Translations under genes and position numbers: made by a program
Part shown: piece after piece, positions 28,527 to 38,183 of the stretch
Position numbering within the stretch: the first letter of the stretch is position 1
How the letters are laid out: every line of letters begins with the position of its first letter
From: Alphaproteobacteria bacterium
GTDB lineage: Bacteria; Pseudomonadota; Alphaproteobacteria; UBA828
Length of the DNA: 64,000 nucleotides
Assembly (NCBI GenBank): GCA_963667785.2
Contig: CAXXMU010000006.1
Coordinates: forward strand, 800,001 to 864,000
Reading direction: 5' to 3'
Notes under the pieces: model-generated
Database searches by the model: none
What the model was told of the DNA's origin: nothing
The model's input: the letters and a program-made list of their open reading frames with translations, nothing else

Positions 28527-30614
28527 TCAGGCGCCGGCGGCGCCGGTTTCGAGCAGGTAGTTGCGCCCCTGGGTCACGGTCGCCGACGACCCCGGATAGA
28601 CGACGATCGTCGTGGTGGGCTCCTCGATGATCGCCGGACCCGCCACCACCATGCCGGGCAGCAGATCATCGCCCAGATGGAAGGGCGTGTCCAAGGCGCC
28701 GGCCTCGCCGAAATAGGCCCGCATGGCGCGGCGCGGCGCGGGCGGGGCTGCGTCCGTCGCGGCCTCCGTCGGGAACGACGGCTTGTCGAGATAGGCCGTG
28801 ATGCGCCCCTTCCAGTTGATGCACTCGATGGCGCCGCCTTCCTCCTTCACCGCGTAGCGGCGGAAGTGGACGTCGTGGAAGGTCTGCACCAGCCGCTCCA
28901 CGTCCGCCTGGCCCTCGAAGCGGTCCATGGGCATGGGAATCTCCATCTCCCACTGCTGGTTGATGTAGCGGGCCTCCACGAAATACTCGCGCTCGAAGCG
29001 GGCGATGCCGCGGCCGCGCAGCTCCTCCTCGAAGGCGTCCATGCGCCGGGCGATGCCGGAGAGCGTCGCGCTGACGCCGTCGAAGTCGAAGCCGTTCGAG
29101 TGCGCATAGCGGCTCGCGCTGAACTCGGTGACGATGTTGGAGAACTGCGCGCCGCAGGCGCTGAGCGCGCCCGCCGTGCGCGGCAGCAGCACCCGGCGGC
29201 AGCCGAGCGCCTGGGCGATGGGGATGATGTTGAGCCCGGCAGCACCCCCTCCGGCGACGATGATGCTCTCGCCCGGGTTCACCCCGTCCTGGACCGTGAT
29301 CTCCTGGATCGCCTTGATCATCTGCTCGCCGGCCAGCGTGAGCACCGCAGAGGCGGCCTCCTCGGCCGAGAGCGTCAGCGGGGCCGCGACCTTCTCGATC
29401 ACCCGTGCCGCCGCGGCGACGTCGAGGCTCATGCGCCCGCCCAGGAAATAGTCCGGGTCGATGTAGCCGAGGACGACGGCGGCGTCGGTGACCGTGGGCT
29501 CCTCGCCGCCCTGGCCGTAGCAGGCGGGGCCGGGGCGCGCGCCCGCGCTCTGCGGGCCGACCCGCAGCAGGCCGCCGGCGTCGATCCAGGCGATGGAGCC
29601 GCCACCGGCGCCGACGCTCCTGACATCGACCGACGAGAGGCCGAGATTGTGGCCGATCCACTCGCCCAGCAGCCAGGTGTCGCGGGTGTACTTGACCTGG
29701 CCGCCGCGGACGAGGCTCACGTCGAAGGTGGTGCCGCCGGTGTCGACGATGATCACGTCGTCGCCCTGATCCTCGGCGCCGGCGTAGGCGATGCCGGCGA
29801 GCGGCCCCATCGCCGGCCCCGACTTCACCGTGTAGATCGGCTTGGCCACCACGTCGTCCACGTGCATCACGCCGCCGGACGACGTGGAGATCAGGACCTC
29901 GCCCTCGCAGCCGGCCGCCCTGAGGTCGCTCTCGAACTCGGCGAGGTGGCTCTGCATCAGCGGCTTGAGCGAGGCGTCGATGGCGGTGGACGAGGTGCGC
30001 GGGAACTCGCGGATGATCGGGTTGAGCTGGTGCGAGAGCGTGTACGGCACGCCGGGCATGATCTCGGCGATCATCTCGCCGACCCTGAGCTCGTGGTCGG
30101 GATTGACGATCGACCAGAGCAGCGCCACCGCCACCGCCTCGATCCGCTTGCGCGGCAGGCCCTCGATCACGGCCCTGGCCGCGTCCTCGTCCAGCGCCCG
30201 CTCCACGCCGCCCTCGGCGTTGATCCGCTCCGGGATCTCGAAGGTCAGCCGCCTCGGGATGTAGGGCGGCGGGAACTCCATCGCGAGGTTGAGCGGCTCG
30301 CGCTTGCCGCCGTGGCGGTAGAGCAGCGTGTCGGGGAAGCCCTCGGTGGCGAGCAGCGCCGTCTTCGCCACCTTGCCCTCGATGATCGAGTTGGTGGACC
30401 GCGTGGTGCCGTAGATCAGCATCTCGGTCTCGGCCAGCAGCCGGTCGTGGGCGATGCCGGCGATGTCGCCCGCATTGGCGAGCGCGTTGCTGAAGCCCTC
30501 GAAGGTGCGGTCGGGCGTGGTCAGCGCCTTGCCGACGGTGAGCTGGCCCGCCTCGTCGGCCACGACCACGTCGGTAAACGTGCCGCCGGTATCGACGGCG
30601 ATGCGATAGCCCAT
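28527..30614 (-). CDS. Hydantoinase A/oxoprolinase ATP-binding subunit
   Basis: DTGGTFTD, SGPAMG, DTGGTTFD, GAGGGS, GARPGPACYG. Confidence 0.92.
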   Translation of the reverse strand: MGYRIAVDTGGTFTDVVVADEAGQLTVGKALTTPDRTFEGFSNALANAGDIAGIAHDRLLAETEMLIYGTTRSTNSIIEGKVAKTALLATEGFPDTLLYRHGGKREPLNLAMEFPPPYIPRRLTFEIPERINAEGGVERALDEDAARAVIEGLPRKRIEAVAVALLWSIVNPDHELRVGEMIAEIMPGVPYTLSHQLNPIIREFPRTSSTAIDASLKPLMQSHLAEFESDLRAAGCEGEVLISTSSGGVMHVDDVVAKPIYTVKSGPAMGPLAGIAYAGAEDQGDDVIIVDTGGTTFDVSLVRGGQVKYTRDTWLLGEWIGHNLGLSSVDVRSVGAGGGSIAWIDAGGLLRVGPQSAGARPGPACYGQGGEEPTVTDAAVVLGYIDPDYFLGGRMSLDVAAAARVIEKVAAPLTLSAEEAASAVLTLAGEQMIKAIQEITVQDGVNPGESIIVAGGGAAGLNIIPIAQALGCRRVLLPRTAGALSACGAQFSNIVTEFSASRYAHSNGFDFDGVSATLSGIARRMDAFEEELRGRGIARFEREYFVEARYINQQWEMEIPMPMDRFEGQADVERLVQTFHDVHFRRYAVKEEGGAIECINWKGRITAYLDKPSFPTEAATDAAPPAPRRAMRAYFGEAGALDTPFHLGDDLLPGMVVAGPAIIEEPTTTIVVYPGSSATVTQGRNYLLETGAAGA

Positions 30615-30663
30615 GGGACTCTCCCGTAAGCGTCTGCTCTCAGGCTCCGCGCACGAGCCTCTG

Positions 30664-31881
30664 CTACCAGGCCCGGTGCAGGAGCTGGATGACCTCGTCC
30701 GTGGACGTCACCCGGCGCGGGTTGCTGGCGACGATGATGTCCTCCAGCGCATCCTTGGCGATGCCGGGGAAGTCGTCGTGCGCGACGCCGACATCCCTGA
30801 GCCGCCAGGGCAGGCCCATGTCGTCGCGCACCAGCCGCGCCACCTCGTCGGCCGCAGCCGCGGCCGCCTCCTCCTCGCTCATGCCGGCGATGTCGACCCC
30901 CATGGCCTCCGCCGTCCAGGCCTGCCGGGTCATGGTCTCTTCCCGGTTGAAGGCCATGACGTGGGGCATCATCACCGCCGAGGTCTCGCCGTGGGGAACG
31001 TTGCAGCGGGCGCCGAGCTGGTGGCCGATGCCGTGGCTGAGCCCCAGCGTCACGTTGGCGAGCCCGCACACCGACATCCAGGCCGCCACCATGCACTGCC
31101 CGCGCGCCGCCGCATCGCCCGGGTCGGCTCTCGTCTCGCGCAGGTAGCGGACCAGCATGTTCAGCGCCCGGTAGGCGAGCGCGTCGATGAAGGGCTGGGC
31201 GGTGGTGGAGCACATCGCCTCGATGCAGTGATCGACGGCGCGCATGCCGGTGCCGAGCCAGAGCCGCTCCGGCGTCTCCATGGTGAGATCGGGGTCGAGG
31301 ATCACCGCCTTCGCCGTGATGCGCCGGTCGACGTAGAGGTCCTTGACCTTGCGCTCCTCGTCGGTGATGCCGACGAAATAGGTGAACTCGCCTGCGGACA
31401 GCGTCGTCGGGACCGCGAACATGGGGATCGGGTCGTTCGTGAGCGAGGGAATCTCCACCTTGTCCGGGTAGGTGAACTTGATCATGTAGCGATCGAGGCC
31501 GGAGGGCTCGTCGATCCCCTCGGCGAGGCAGATGGTGACGGCCTTCGCGGTGTCGTTGGGCGTGCCGCCGCCGAAGCTGATGAGGGCATCGGCGTTGCGG
31601 GCGCGCGCGTAGTCTGCGGCGGCGATCACGGTGCGCCGCGGCACGTGCTGCGAGGTCTCGTGGAAGACGCCGGCGCACTTGTTGCCCGCGGCGGCCACGA
31701 CCTTCTCCACCAGATCGGTCTTCTGCGCCAGCGAGTTGCCGGTGATGACGACCGCGCGGCTCACGCCCTGCTTGTCGAGCTCGGCCGAGAGCGCGTCGAG
31801 GCTGCCGGAGCCGAAATGGACCTCGTCCATCGGCAGCATGGTGAAGTGCCCCTTCAACTCCTGCTTCGGCAGTGAAAGCAT
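30664..31881 (-). CDS. Iron-containing (type III) alcohol dehydrogenase family protein
   Basis: GGGTPND, VPTTLSAGE, DHCIE, HGIGHQLG, VPHG. Confidence 0.9.
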   Translation of the reverse strand: MLSLPKQELKGHFTMLPMDEVHFGSGSLDALSAELDKQGVSRAVVITGNSLAQKTDLVEKVVAAAGNKCAGVFHETSQHVPRRTVIAAADYARARNADALISFGGGTPNDTAKAVTICLAEGIDEPSGLDRYMIKFTYPDKVEIPSLTNDPIPMFAVPTTLSAGEFTYFVGITDEERKVKDLYVDRRITAKAVILDPDLTMETPERLWLGTGMRAVDHCIEAMCSTTAQPFIDALAYRALNMLVRYLRETRADPGDAAARGQCMVAAWMSVCGLANVTLGLSHGIGHQLGARCNVPHGETSAVMMPHVMAFNREETMTRQAWTAEAMGVDIAGMSEEEAAAAAADEVARLVRDDMGLPWRLRDVGVAHDDFPGIAKDALEDIIVASNPRRVTSTDEVIQLLHRAW

Positions 31882-31927
31882 GGCGTCACTCTCTCGGATG
31901 GCGGCGGCGGATCCGCACGGGGTTGAG

Positions 31928-31941
31928 CAAACACTTGTTTG
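31928..31941. promoter_or_regulatory. Palindromic operator candidate in the divergent promoter region
   Basis: CAAACA-CT-TGTTTG, a perfect 6-bp inverted repeat in an AT-rich patch between divergent starts. Confidence 0.55.
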
Positions 31942-32031
31942 AAATCCGAGTCAATTCCGCGTAGAGCGCGTAGAGCGTGGCGGCCCTCGGCAGAGGGAAG
32001 GCGCGGCGCAGCGACGGGGCGGAGGAGCCGA

Positions 32032-33586
32032 ATGAGGCTGATCGACTATTTCGAGCGCGGGCACCGCTACCACCCCGACCGCGCCTGCCTCATCGATGCG
32101 GCGGGCACGCTGAGCTACCGCGAGGTCGCGCGCCGCAGCCACCGCACGGCGAACGCGCTGATCGCGGGCGGCCTCGTGCCGGGCGACCGGGTCGCGATCC
32201 TGAGCGCGAACAGCAGCCGCGCCTTCGAGGCCTGGATCGGCGCGGCGCGTGCCGGCGGCGTCTGGGTGGGGCTCGCCGCGCTGGCCTCGCCCGAGGAGAA
32301 CGCCTACGTCGTCGACCAGCGCGGGGCCGCGTGGCTCTTCTACGAGAAGAGCTTCGAGCCGGCCGTCGCGCATATCCGCGCCGCCTGCCCGGCGCTCCGC
32401 CACCTCGTCTGCCTCGACGGCGAGAGCGCGGACGCGCCTTCGTTCGAGGACTTCATCGCGGGCCACGGCGAGGAGGCGCCTGAGCTCGCGGACGAGCGCG
32501 ACGCGGTGATCAGCCACTTCACCTCGGGCGGCACCACCGGCCGGCCCAAGGGCGCCATGTGGTCCAACCTCATCTGGGAGGCCTGGTGCGCCAACGTCTA
32601 CGCGCATCTCCCGGTGAAGAAGCCGCCGGTGCACCTGGTGGCGACCTCGATGGCCCATGGCGCCGGCGTCTTCGCCTGGCCCGCCATGGCCTTCGGCGGC
32701 ACCACGGTCTGCATCCAGAAGGCCGAGCCGCTGGCCGTCATGGAGGCGATCGACCGCTACGGCGTGACCCACACCTTCATGCCGCCGACGGTGATCTACA
32801 TGATGCTGGCGCACGACCGGGCGCGGGAGTTCGACTATTCGACCCTCGACTACTTCATCTATGGCGGCGCGCCGATGTCGGCGGACAAGGTGGCGGAAGC
32901 CATCGACCTCTTCGGCCCCTGCATGACCCAGATCTACGGCCAGGCGGAATGCCCCTGCACCATCGGCATCCTCACGCCTGCCGACCATCTGGACGCGCTC
33001 GCCGATGCCGCCAAGCGCCACCGGCTGCTGAGCTGCGGCCGCCCGCCGGTCTTCGTCGAGGTGGAGATGATGGCGGACGACGGCACCCTGCTGCCGGCGG
33101 GCGAGTGGGGCGAGATCGTGGTGCGCGGCACCTTCGTCTCCCTCGGCTACTTCGCCGATCCCGGAGGCCACGGCGGAGATCCGCGCGCACGGTTGGCACC
33201 ACACCGGCGACATCGGCTACAAGGACGAGGACGGCTTCGTCTACATCGTCGACCGCAAGAAGGACATGATCATCTCGGGCGGGCTCAACGTCTTCCCGAT
33301 CGAGATCGAGCGCGTGATCTGGAGCCACCCGGCGGTGCAGGACTGCGCCGTGATCGGCGTGCCGGACGAGAAGTGGGGCGAGGCGGTGAAGGCGGTGGTC
33401 GAGCTCAAGCCGGGCGGGAGCGTGAGCGCGGACGCGCTCATCGGGCTCTGCAAGCGCGAGCTCTCGGCCTACAAGGCGCCGAAGACGGTGGAGTTCTGGG
33501 AGGAGCTTCCCCGCAGCGGGGTCGGCAAGGTGCTGAAGCGCAAGGTGCGCGAGCGCTTCTGGGCGGGCCACGAGCGGAAGATCTGA
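32032..33586 (+). pseudogene. AMP-forming acyl-CoA ligase with a +1 frameshift (real or sequencing error)
   Basis: FTSGGTTGRPKG and YGQAE in one frame; GWHHTGD, DRKKDMIISGG and LPRSGVGK in the next. Length 1555 = 3n+1. Removing one C from 33160-33162 restores DPEATAEIRAHGWHHTGD. Confidence 0.87.
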
Positions 33587-33627
33587 GGGCCGGGCGGCCC
33601 GGACACGACGGCGAGAGGATACGGGCG

Positions 33628-34638
33628 ATGGAAATGGTCATGCGCAGCTACCCGAACGACTGGGTCGCCGAGTCCATCATGCACCGCAAGGGCATCGGCG
33701 GCGGCTCGTCGGGGGTCACGCACGAGCTGACCGAGGAGAAGCAGGGCACCTACCTCTACACCATCGGCCCCTACGCCGACCCGGTGCTCTCCATCGAGCC
33801 GGGCGACCGGGTGATCGTCGAGACCCGCGACGCCTTCGAGGGCAAGATCACGAGCGAGAGCGACGTGCCCTCCGAGCTGCTGGAGGTGCCCTTCCTCAAC
33901 CCGCAGTGCGGCCCGATCTTCATGGCCGGCGCCGAGAAGGGCGACGTGCTCGCGGTCCATATCGAGAGCATGGCGCCGCGCGGCCCCCAGCCCCGCGGCA
34001 CCTGCTGCATGATCAAGGAGTTCGGCGGGCTCACCAGCACCTACTACACCGCGACCCTCAACGAGCCGCTGCCCGAGAAGGTGCGCAAGGTGGACGTCGA
34101 CGAGGAGAACGTCTACTGGAGCGAGCGGGTGACGCTGCCATACAAGCCGCACATCGGCACGCTGAGCTGCTCGCCGCAGATCGATTCCATCAACTCGCTC
34201 ACGCCGGACGACCACGGCGGCAACATGGACCTGCCGGACATGGGGCCCGGCACCGTCACGTACCTGCCGGTGCGTGCGCCGGGCGCCCTGCTCTATATCG
34301 GCGATGCTCACGCCTGCCAGGGCGACGGCGAGGTCTGCGGCGTGGCGGTCGAGTACCCCACCACCACCACGATCACCGTCGACCTGATCAAGGACTGGAC
34401 CATCGACTGGCCGCGGCTCGAAGCGGACGACTTCATCATGACCATCGGCAGCGCGCGGCCGCTGGAGGACGCGACCCGGATCGCCTACCGCGAGCTGGTG
34501 CGCTGGATGGTCAGGGACTACGGCTACGACCAGTGGGACGCCTACATGATGCTGAGCCAGTGCGGCAAGGTCAGGCTCGGCAACTTCGTCGATCCCAAGT
34601 ACACGATGGGCGCGGCGATCGCGAAGAAATACCTGTAG
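33628..34638 (+). CDS. Acetamidase/formamidase family amidohydrolase
   Basis: NPQCGPI, HGGNMD, GDAHACQGDGEVCG. Has its own RBS (GAGAGG) before ATG 33628. Confidence 0.9.
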   Translation: MEMVMRSYPNDWVAESIMHRKGIGGGSSGVTHELTEEKQGTYLYTIGPYADPVLSIEPGDRVIVETRDAFEGKITSESDVPSELLEVPFLNPQCGPIFMAGAEKGDVLAVHIESMAPRGPQPRGTCCMIKEFGGLTSTYYTATLNEPLPEKVRKVDVDEENVYWSERVTLPYKPHIGTLSCSPQIDSINSLTPDDHGGNMDLPDMGPGTVTYLPVRAPGALLYIGDAHACQGDGEVCGVAVEYPTTTTITVDLIKDWTIDWPRLEADDFIMTIGSARPLEDATRIAYRELVRWMVRDYGYDQWDAYMMLSQCGKVRLGNFVDPKYTMGAAIAKKYL

Positions 34639-34649
34639 CCGAGGGGGGC

Positions 34650-35501
34650 CTAGACGACCCGCACCGCGTCTCCGCGCCGCACCGTGCCGGGCCGGACGAC
34701 GAAGGCGTAGACGCCCGCGCACGGCAGCACCTCGCCGTCGAGCAGGGGGACGGGAAGGCTGTTGTGCTCGACGATGGTGCGCAGCACCTGCGGGTCCTTC
34801 TCAACGTCCCTCTGGGCGATGGTGGGGATCGAGCAGCGCGGCGTCGGGTCGGAGATGCGGAGCCGCACCTCGTTGCCGATGGCGAGCTCCCGCCCGACCC
34901 ACGCGTTCTCGACGAAGCCGTCTGCGCCGTCGGGCGTCGCGATCGTCACGTTGGGGCGAAAGCGGCGCGCGGTGAACGTGGACTCGGGGCGGAGCGCGGC
35001 GAGGCGCGCCAGCGTCGCCGTGGTGATGAGATGAAGCGCCGCGTAGTCGGAGAAGCGGCCCGCCATCATCAGCTCGCCGATATCGACGATGGTCTCCTCG
35101 GCGGCGAGCGGGTCGAGACGCTCGAGGCTGGGCGCCTCCGGGCGCTCGGTGGTGAGCGTGACCGGCCGCCCCAGGGTCTCGGACAGGCGAGCATCCGGGT
35201 CGCCGTCGTCGCTGGCGAGCGCCGTGCCGTCGGGCCAGACGATGCGCACCGGCGGCAGCGGCGCGCCGGCCTCGGGCGGATGCACGAAATCGGCGGCGAG
35301 CGCCATCAGCCCGGCCCACTTCTTCGGTGTCTTGGCGCTCCCCACCCTGCCGCTTGTCCGGTCGATCACGGCATAGGCGCGGTCGCCCAGAATGCCGCCC
35401 TCGGTGACCAGCGCCTCGTCGAGCTTGGCGCCGGCCATGGACTTGACCGGATAGCGCCAGAGTGCCTTGACGGTGCCGCCATCGGTGCCGTGCGAGGTCA
35501 T
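34650..35501 (-). CDS. MOSC domain protein (mARC/YcbX-like)
   Basis: LWRYPVKSM, GDRAY, RFRPN, PRC, conserved C..GVY. Confidence 0.9.
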   Translation of the reverse strand: MTSHGTDGGTVKALWRYPVKSMAGAKLDEALVTEGGILGDRAYAVIDRTSGRVGSAKTPKKWAGLMALAADFVHPPEAGAPLPPVRIVWPDGTALASDDGDPDARLSETLGRPVTLTTERPEAPSLERLDPLAAEETIVDIGELMMAGRFSDYAALHLITTATLARLAALRPESTFTARRFRPNVTIATPDGADGFVENAWVGRELAIGNEVRLRISDPTPRCSIPTIAQRDVEKDPQVLRTIVEHNSLPVPLLDGEVLPCAGVYAFVVRPGTVRRGDAVRVV

Positions 35502-35578
35502 GATCTCCCTTCTCCTGCCGACGATACGTCGTGCCGGGCGATGCTATAGCAGGCCGCCGGCACCATGACACGCGCGGG

Positions 35579-36061
35579 TCAGGGGTCCAGCAGGCCGCGG
35601 CTCCGGTGCCAGTCCTCGAGGGACCGGTCGGGATAGGCGGGAAAGTGGGGGTTCCGCGCGCCCGACGGGACCCTGACCCAGGCCGGCGCGAAGTCGACCA
35701 TGATGTGGCAGCGCTCGGGCGGCCGCGGCAGGGGCGTGTCGATGGCCGAGGCGAAGGGATGGATCAGTTCGGGCCAGCGCGGGTCCCAGACCCAGAGCGC
35801 GCTGCCGCAGCGGCCGCAGAAGCGGCGCTCGGCCGGGCTTTCGCTGCCGTCGTCGAGCCGCGCCCGGTAGACCCTGAGGTGGCGCTCGCCGCGGACGCTC
35901 AAGCTCTCCGCCTCGCCGCCGAGATTGATGGCGAAGCCGCCGCCGCCCGCCGTCTTCCGGCAGATCGAGCAGTAGCACTGCATGTAGGGATGAGGCGCCG
36001 CCGAGCGCAGCGAGAAGCGGACGGCGCGGCAGTGGCACGAGCCTTCGAGCAGCATGGTCAC
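35579..36061 (-). CDS. GFA family (glutathione-dependent formaldehyde-activating-like) Zn protein
   Basis: GSCHC, CYCSICRK, FCGRCGS. Confidence 0.88.
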   Translation of the reverse strand: MTMLLEGSCHCRAVRFSLRSAAPHPYMQCYCSICRKTAGGGGFAINLGGEAESLSVRGERHLRVYRARLDDGSESPAERRFCGRCGSALWVWDPRWPELIHPFASAIDTPLPRPPERCHIMVDFAPAWVRVPSGARNPHFPAYPDRSLEDWHRSRGLLDP

Positions 36062-36167
36062 CTCCCGTGGCGGCGGCGCGGCCTCACGTGCTCGCGGCGA
36101 GCGCCGAGGACCCTCTACAGGGCGGCCGGATGGCCGGCGGCACGCTCCCCGGAGCGGCCCGTCCGGG

Positions 36168-36653
36168 TCAGGACTCGTACGCCAGATCGGCAGGCGAGAT
36201 CAGCACGCCGAACTGGACACACCAGATCACGACGCTCGGATATTCCTCCAGGTCGACGCCCTTGGGGATGGGGTACTTCTGGCTGCCCTCGAAGGCGCGC
36301 AGCTTGCCGAGATCGATGTACATGGAGTTCCTCACGTCCGAGGACTCGCGAATCTCCTCGCGGGGCACGAGATAGACGTGAAACGCCGGCCCCGGCCCGA
36401 CCTTGAAGTCGTCTTCGAGGAAGACCAGCTCCTCGTAGACCGTGACGTTCCCCTCTCCGTAGTGGATGGGGTCCGAGGGATTGGCGTGAATGAACATCCC
36501 CCGGGCGACGACATCCGTCTGCTCCTCGGCGGTGAGCGTTTCCATCGCGGGCGGCGGCGGGAACACGTAGGGAAAGATGAAGAAGCCCACGGCGACGCCG
36601 AAGGCCGTTCCCAGAATGCCGCCGACGAAAAATGCCAAAATCCATCGTTTCAT
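36168..36653 (-). CDS. DM13 domain protein, membrane-anchored
   Basis: N-terminal TM helix; GPAFHVYL, DLGKLRAF.G.Q.Y.IP, VVIWC..FGV. Confidence 0.85.
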   Translation of the reverse strand: MKRWILAFFVGGILGTAFGVAVGFFIFPYVFPPPPAMETLTAEEQTDVVARGMFIHANPSDPIHYGEGNVTVYEELVFLEDDFKVGPGPAFHVYLVPREEIRESSDVRNSMYIDLGKLRAFEGSQKYPIPKGVDLEEYPSVVIWCVQFGVLISPADLAYES

Positions 36654-36888
36654 CGCACCCTCCTGCAGTAATGCCGGCTACAGTTGTTCATGTACCGGCA
36701 TCAATACATGATTAGTATAGATGGCATTTCATTCAGACCTTCGGTAGACGAAATCGACACGGAGCAAACCGTGAATCCGGGAACAACTGCCGACTCTCTA
36801 GAGAGAGTAGTTTCGCCGCCCTGACCTTTCAAGTGGTGCCGTTGGGGAGTGATCCGGAAATTCGGCCGGGTGCATCGGCGCCGCGGGG

Positions 36889-38136
36889 CTACGACGAGGG
36901 GTCGTTCACGGCGCTCAGGTCAAAGCCTGCAATCCGCCGGTAGCGCTGCGCCAGGCCCTCCACCTCGTCGCGCGCCACGTAGTCGAAGACATCGTCGCAG
37001 TCCGGCGGGCAGCGCTCGTCGACGAGGCGCAGGATACGCTCCGCCGCGAATTCGCGATTGAGGAGCACGACCTCGGACGTGGGCGCGAGACGCGCCGCCT
37101 GGTAGGCGCGCAGGGCGTCCGCGACGCCAGGCTGCGAGCGGAGCGCGCGCGTGAACGCTCTCGCATCGAGCACCGCCTGGGCGGCGCCATTGGAGCCGCT
37201 GGGATACATCGGGTGCGCGGCATCGCCCAGCAGCGTCACCCGGCCGAAGCTCCAGCGCTCGAGCGGGTCGCGATCGCACATCGGGAACTCGAAGACCGTG
37301 TCGCTCCCGCGAAGGAGGCGCGGCACGTCCAGCCAGTCGAAGCGCCACGTCCGGAAGGCGGGGACGAAGTCGCCCTTCTCGCCCAACCGGTCCCAGTCCT
37401 CCCACTGCCACTCGGTCCGGCTCTCGTCGCGGATCTCGGCCACCCAGTTGATCAACGACCGGCCGCGCGCCGCGGCCTCTTGGGAAATCGGGTAGGCCAC
37501 CACCCTGATATGCCAGTTGCCGGCGATGATCATCGTCCGGCCGTCGAGGAACGCCTCCTGCTCGGTGATTCCGCGCCACATCGTGATGCCGGAGAAGCGC
37601 GGCGGGCCCTCCGCGGGATAGAGCACGCCGCGCACGCGCGAGTGGATGCCGTCGGCGCCGACCAATACGTCGCCGCAATCGCTGCCGACGGCCTGGCCGC
37701 TCGCGGGATCGACGAAACGCGCCGTCACGCCGTCGTCGTCCTGCTCGAAGTCCGCCAGGCAGTGGCCGGTCCGGATCGACGAGGCGCCCAGCCGCTCCTG
37801 CACCGCGCGCGCGAGGATCGTCAGCAGCCGGCCGCGGTGGATGGAGAACTGCGGCCAGCGGTAGCCGGCGGCGCGCCCGCGCGGCTCCTGCCAGATCGGC
37901 CTGCCGTGCCTCGTGTAGTAGGCGAGCGCCTGCGTCTCGATCGCCGCGGACGCAAGCGCCGGCTCGATGCCGAGCGCGCTCAGCTCGCGCACCGCATGCG
38001 GCAGGAGATTGATGCCGACGCCGAGCTCCCGCAGCGCCGATGCGGATTCGTAGACGACCGCCTCGATACCCGCATCGTGCAGGCAGAGCGCCGTCGTCAG
38101 TCCGCCGATGCCGCCGCCTGCGATGAGAACGCGCAT
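36889..38136 (-). CDS. FAD-dependent monooxygenase (class A, salicylate hydroxylase-like)
   Basis: GGGIGG, GADGIHS, LLGDAAHPMYP.G.NGA. Confidence 0.9.
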   Translation of the reverse strand: MRVLIAGGGIGGLTTALCLHDAGIEAVVYESASALRELGVGINLLPHAVRELSALGIEPALASAAIETQALAYYTRHGRPIWQEPRGRAAGYRWPQFSIHRGRLLTILARAVQERLGASSIRTGHCLADFEQDDDGVTARFVDPASGQAVGSDCGDVLVGADGIHSRVRGVLYPAEGPPRFSGITMWRGITEQEAFLDGRTMIIAGNWHIRVVAYPISQEAAARGRSLINWVAEIRDESRTEWQWEDWDRLGEKGDFVPAFRTWRFDWLDVPRLLRGSDTVFEFPMCDRDPLERWSFGRVTLLGDAAHPMYPSGSNGAAQAVLDARAFTRALRSQPGVADALRAYQAARLAPTSEVVLLNREFAAERILRLVDERCPPDCDDVFDYVARDEVEGLAQRYRRIAGFDLSAVNDPSS

Positions 38137-38183
38137 CGCCCGTCTCCCCCCCCCCCGCCGTGCGCGAGGCGGCGGGTGCGCGT

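Noticed and set aside
31939-34638. 899-aa ORF suggesting a CoA ligase-acetamidase fusion
   Set aside because: Artefact of the +1 frameshift at 33160-33162. The ligase C-terminus is in another frame ending at 33586, the linker is off-frame sequence, and the amidase has its own RBS and ATG.
36725-36820. Hammerhead ribozyme (minus-strand GAAAC..GTC and CTGAATGA) or c-di-GMP-I riboswitch
   Set aside because: Stems I and II cannot form around the core, and CTGAATGA is not CUGANGA. The c-di-GMP-I conserved elements are missing.
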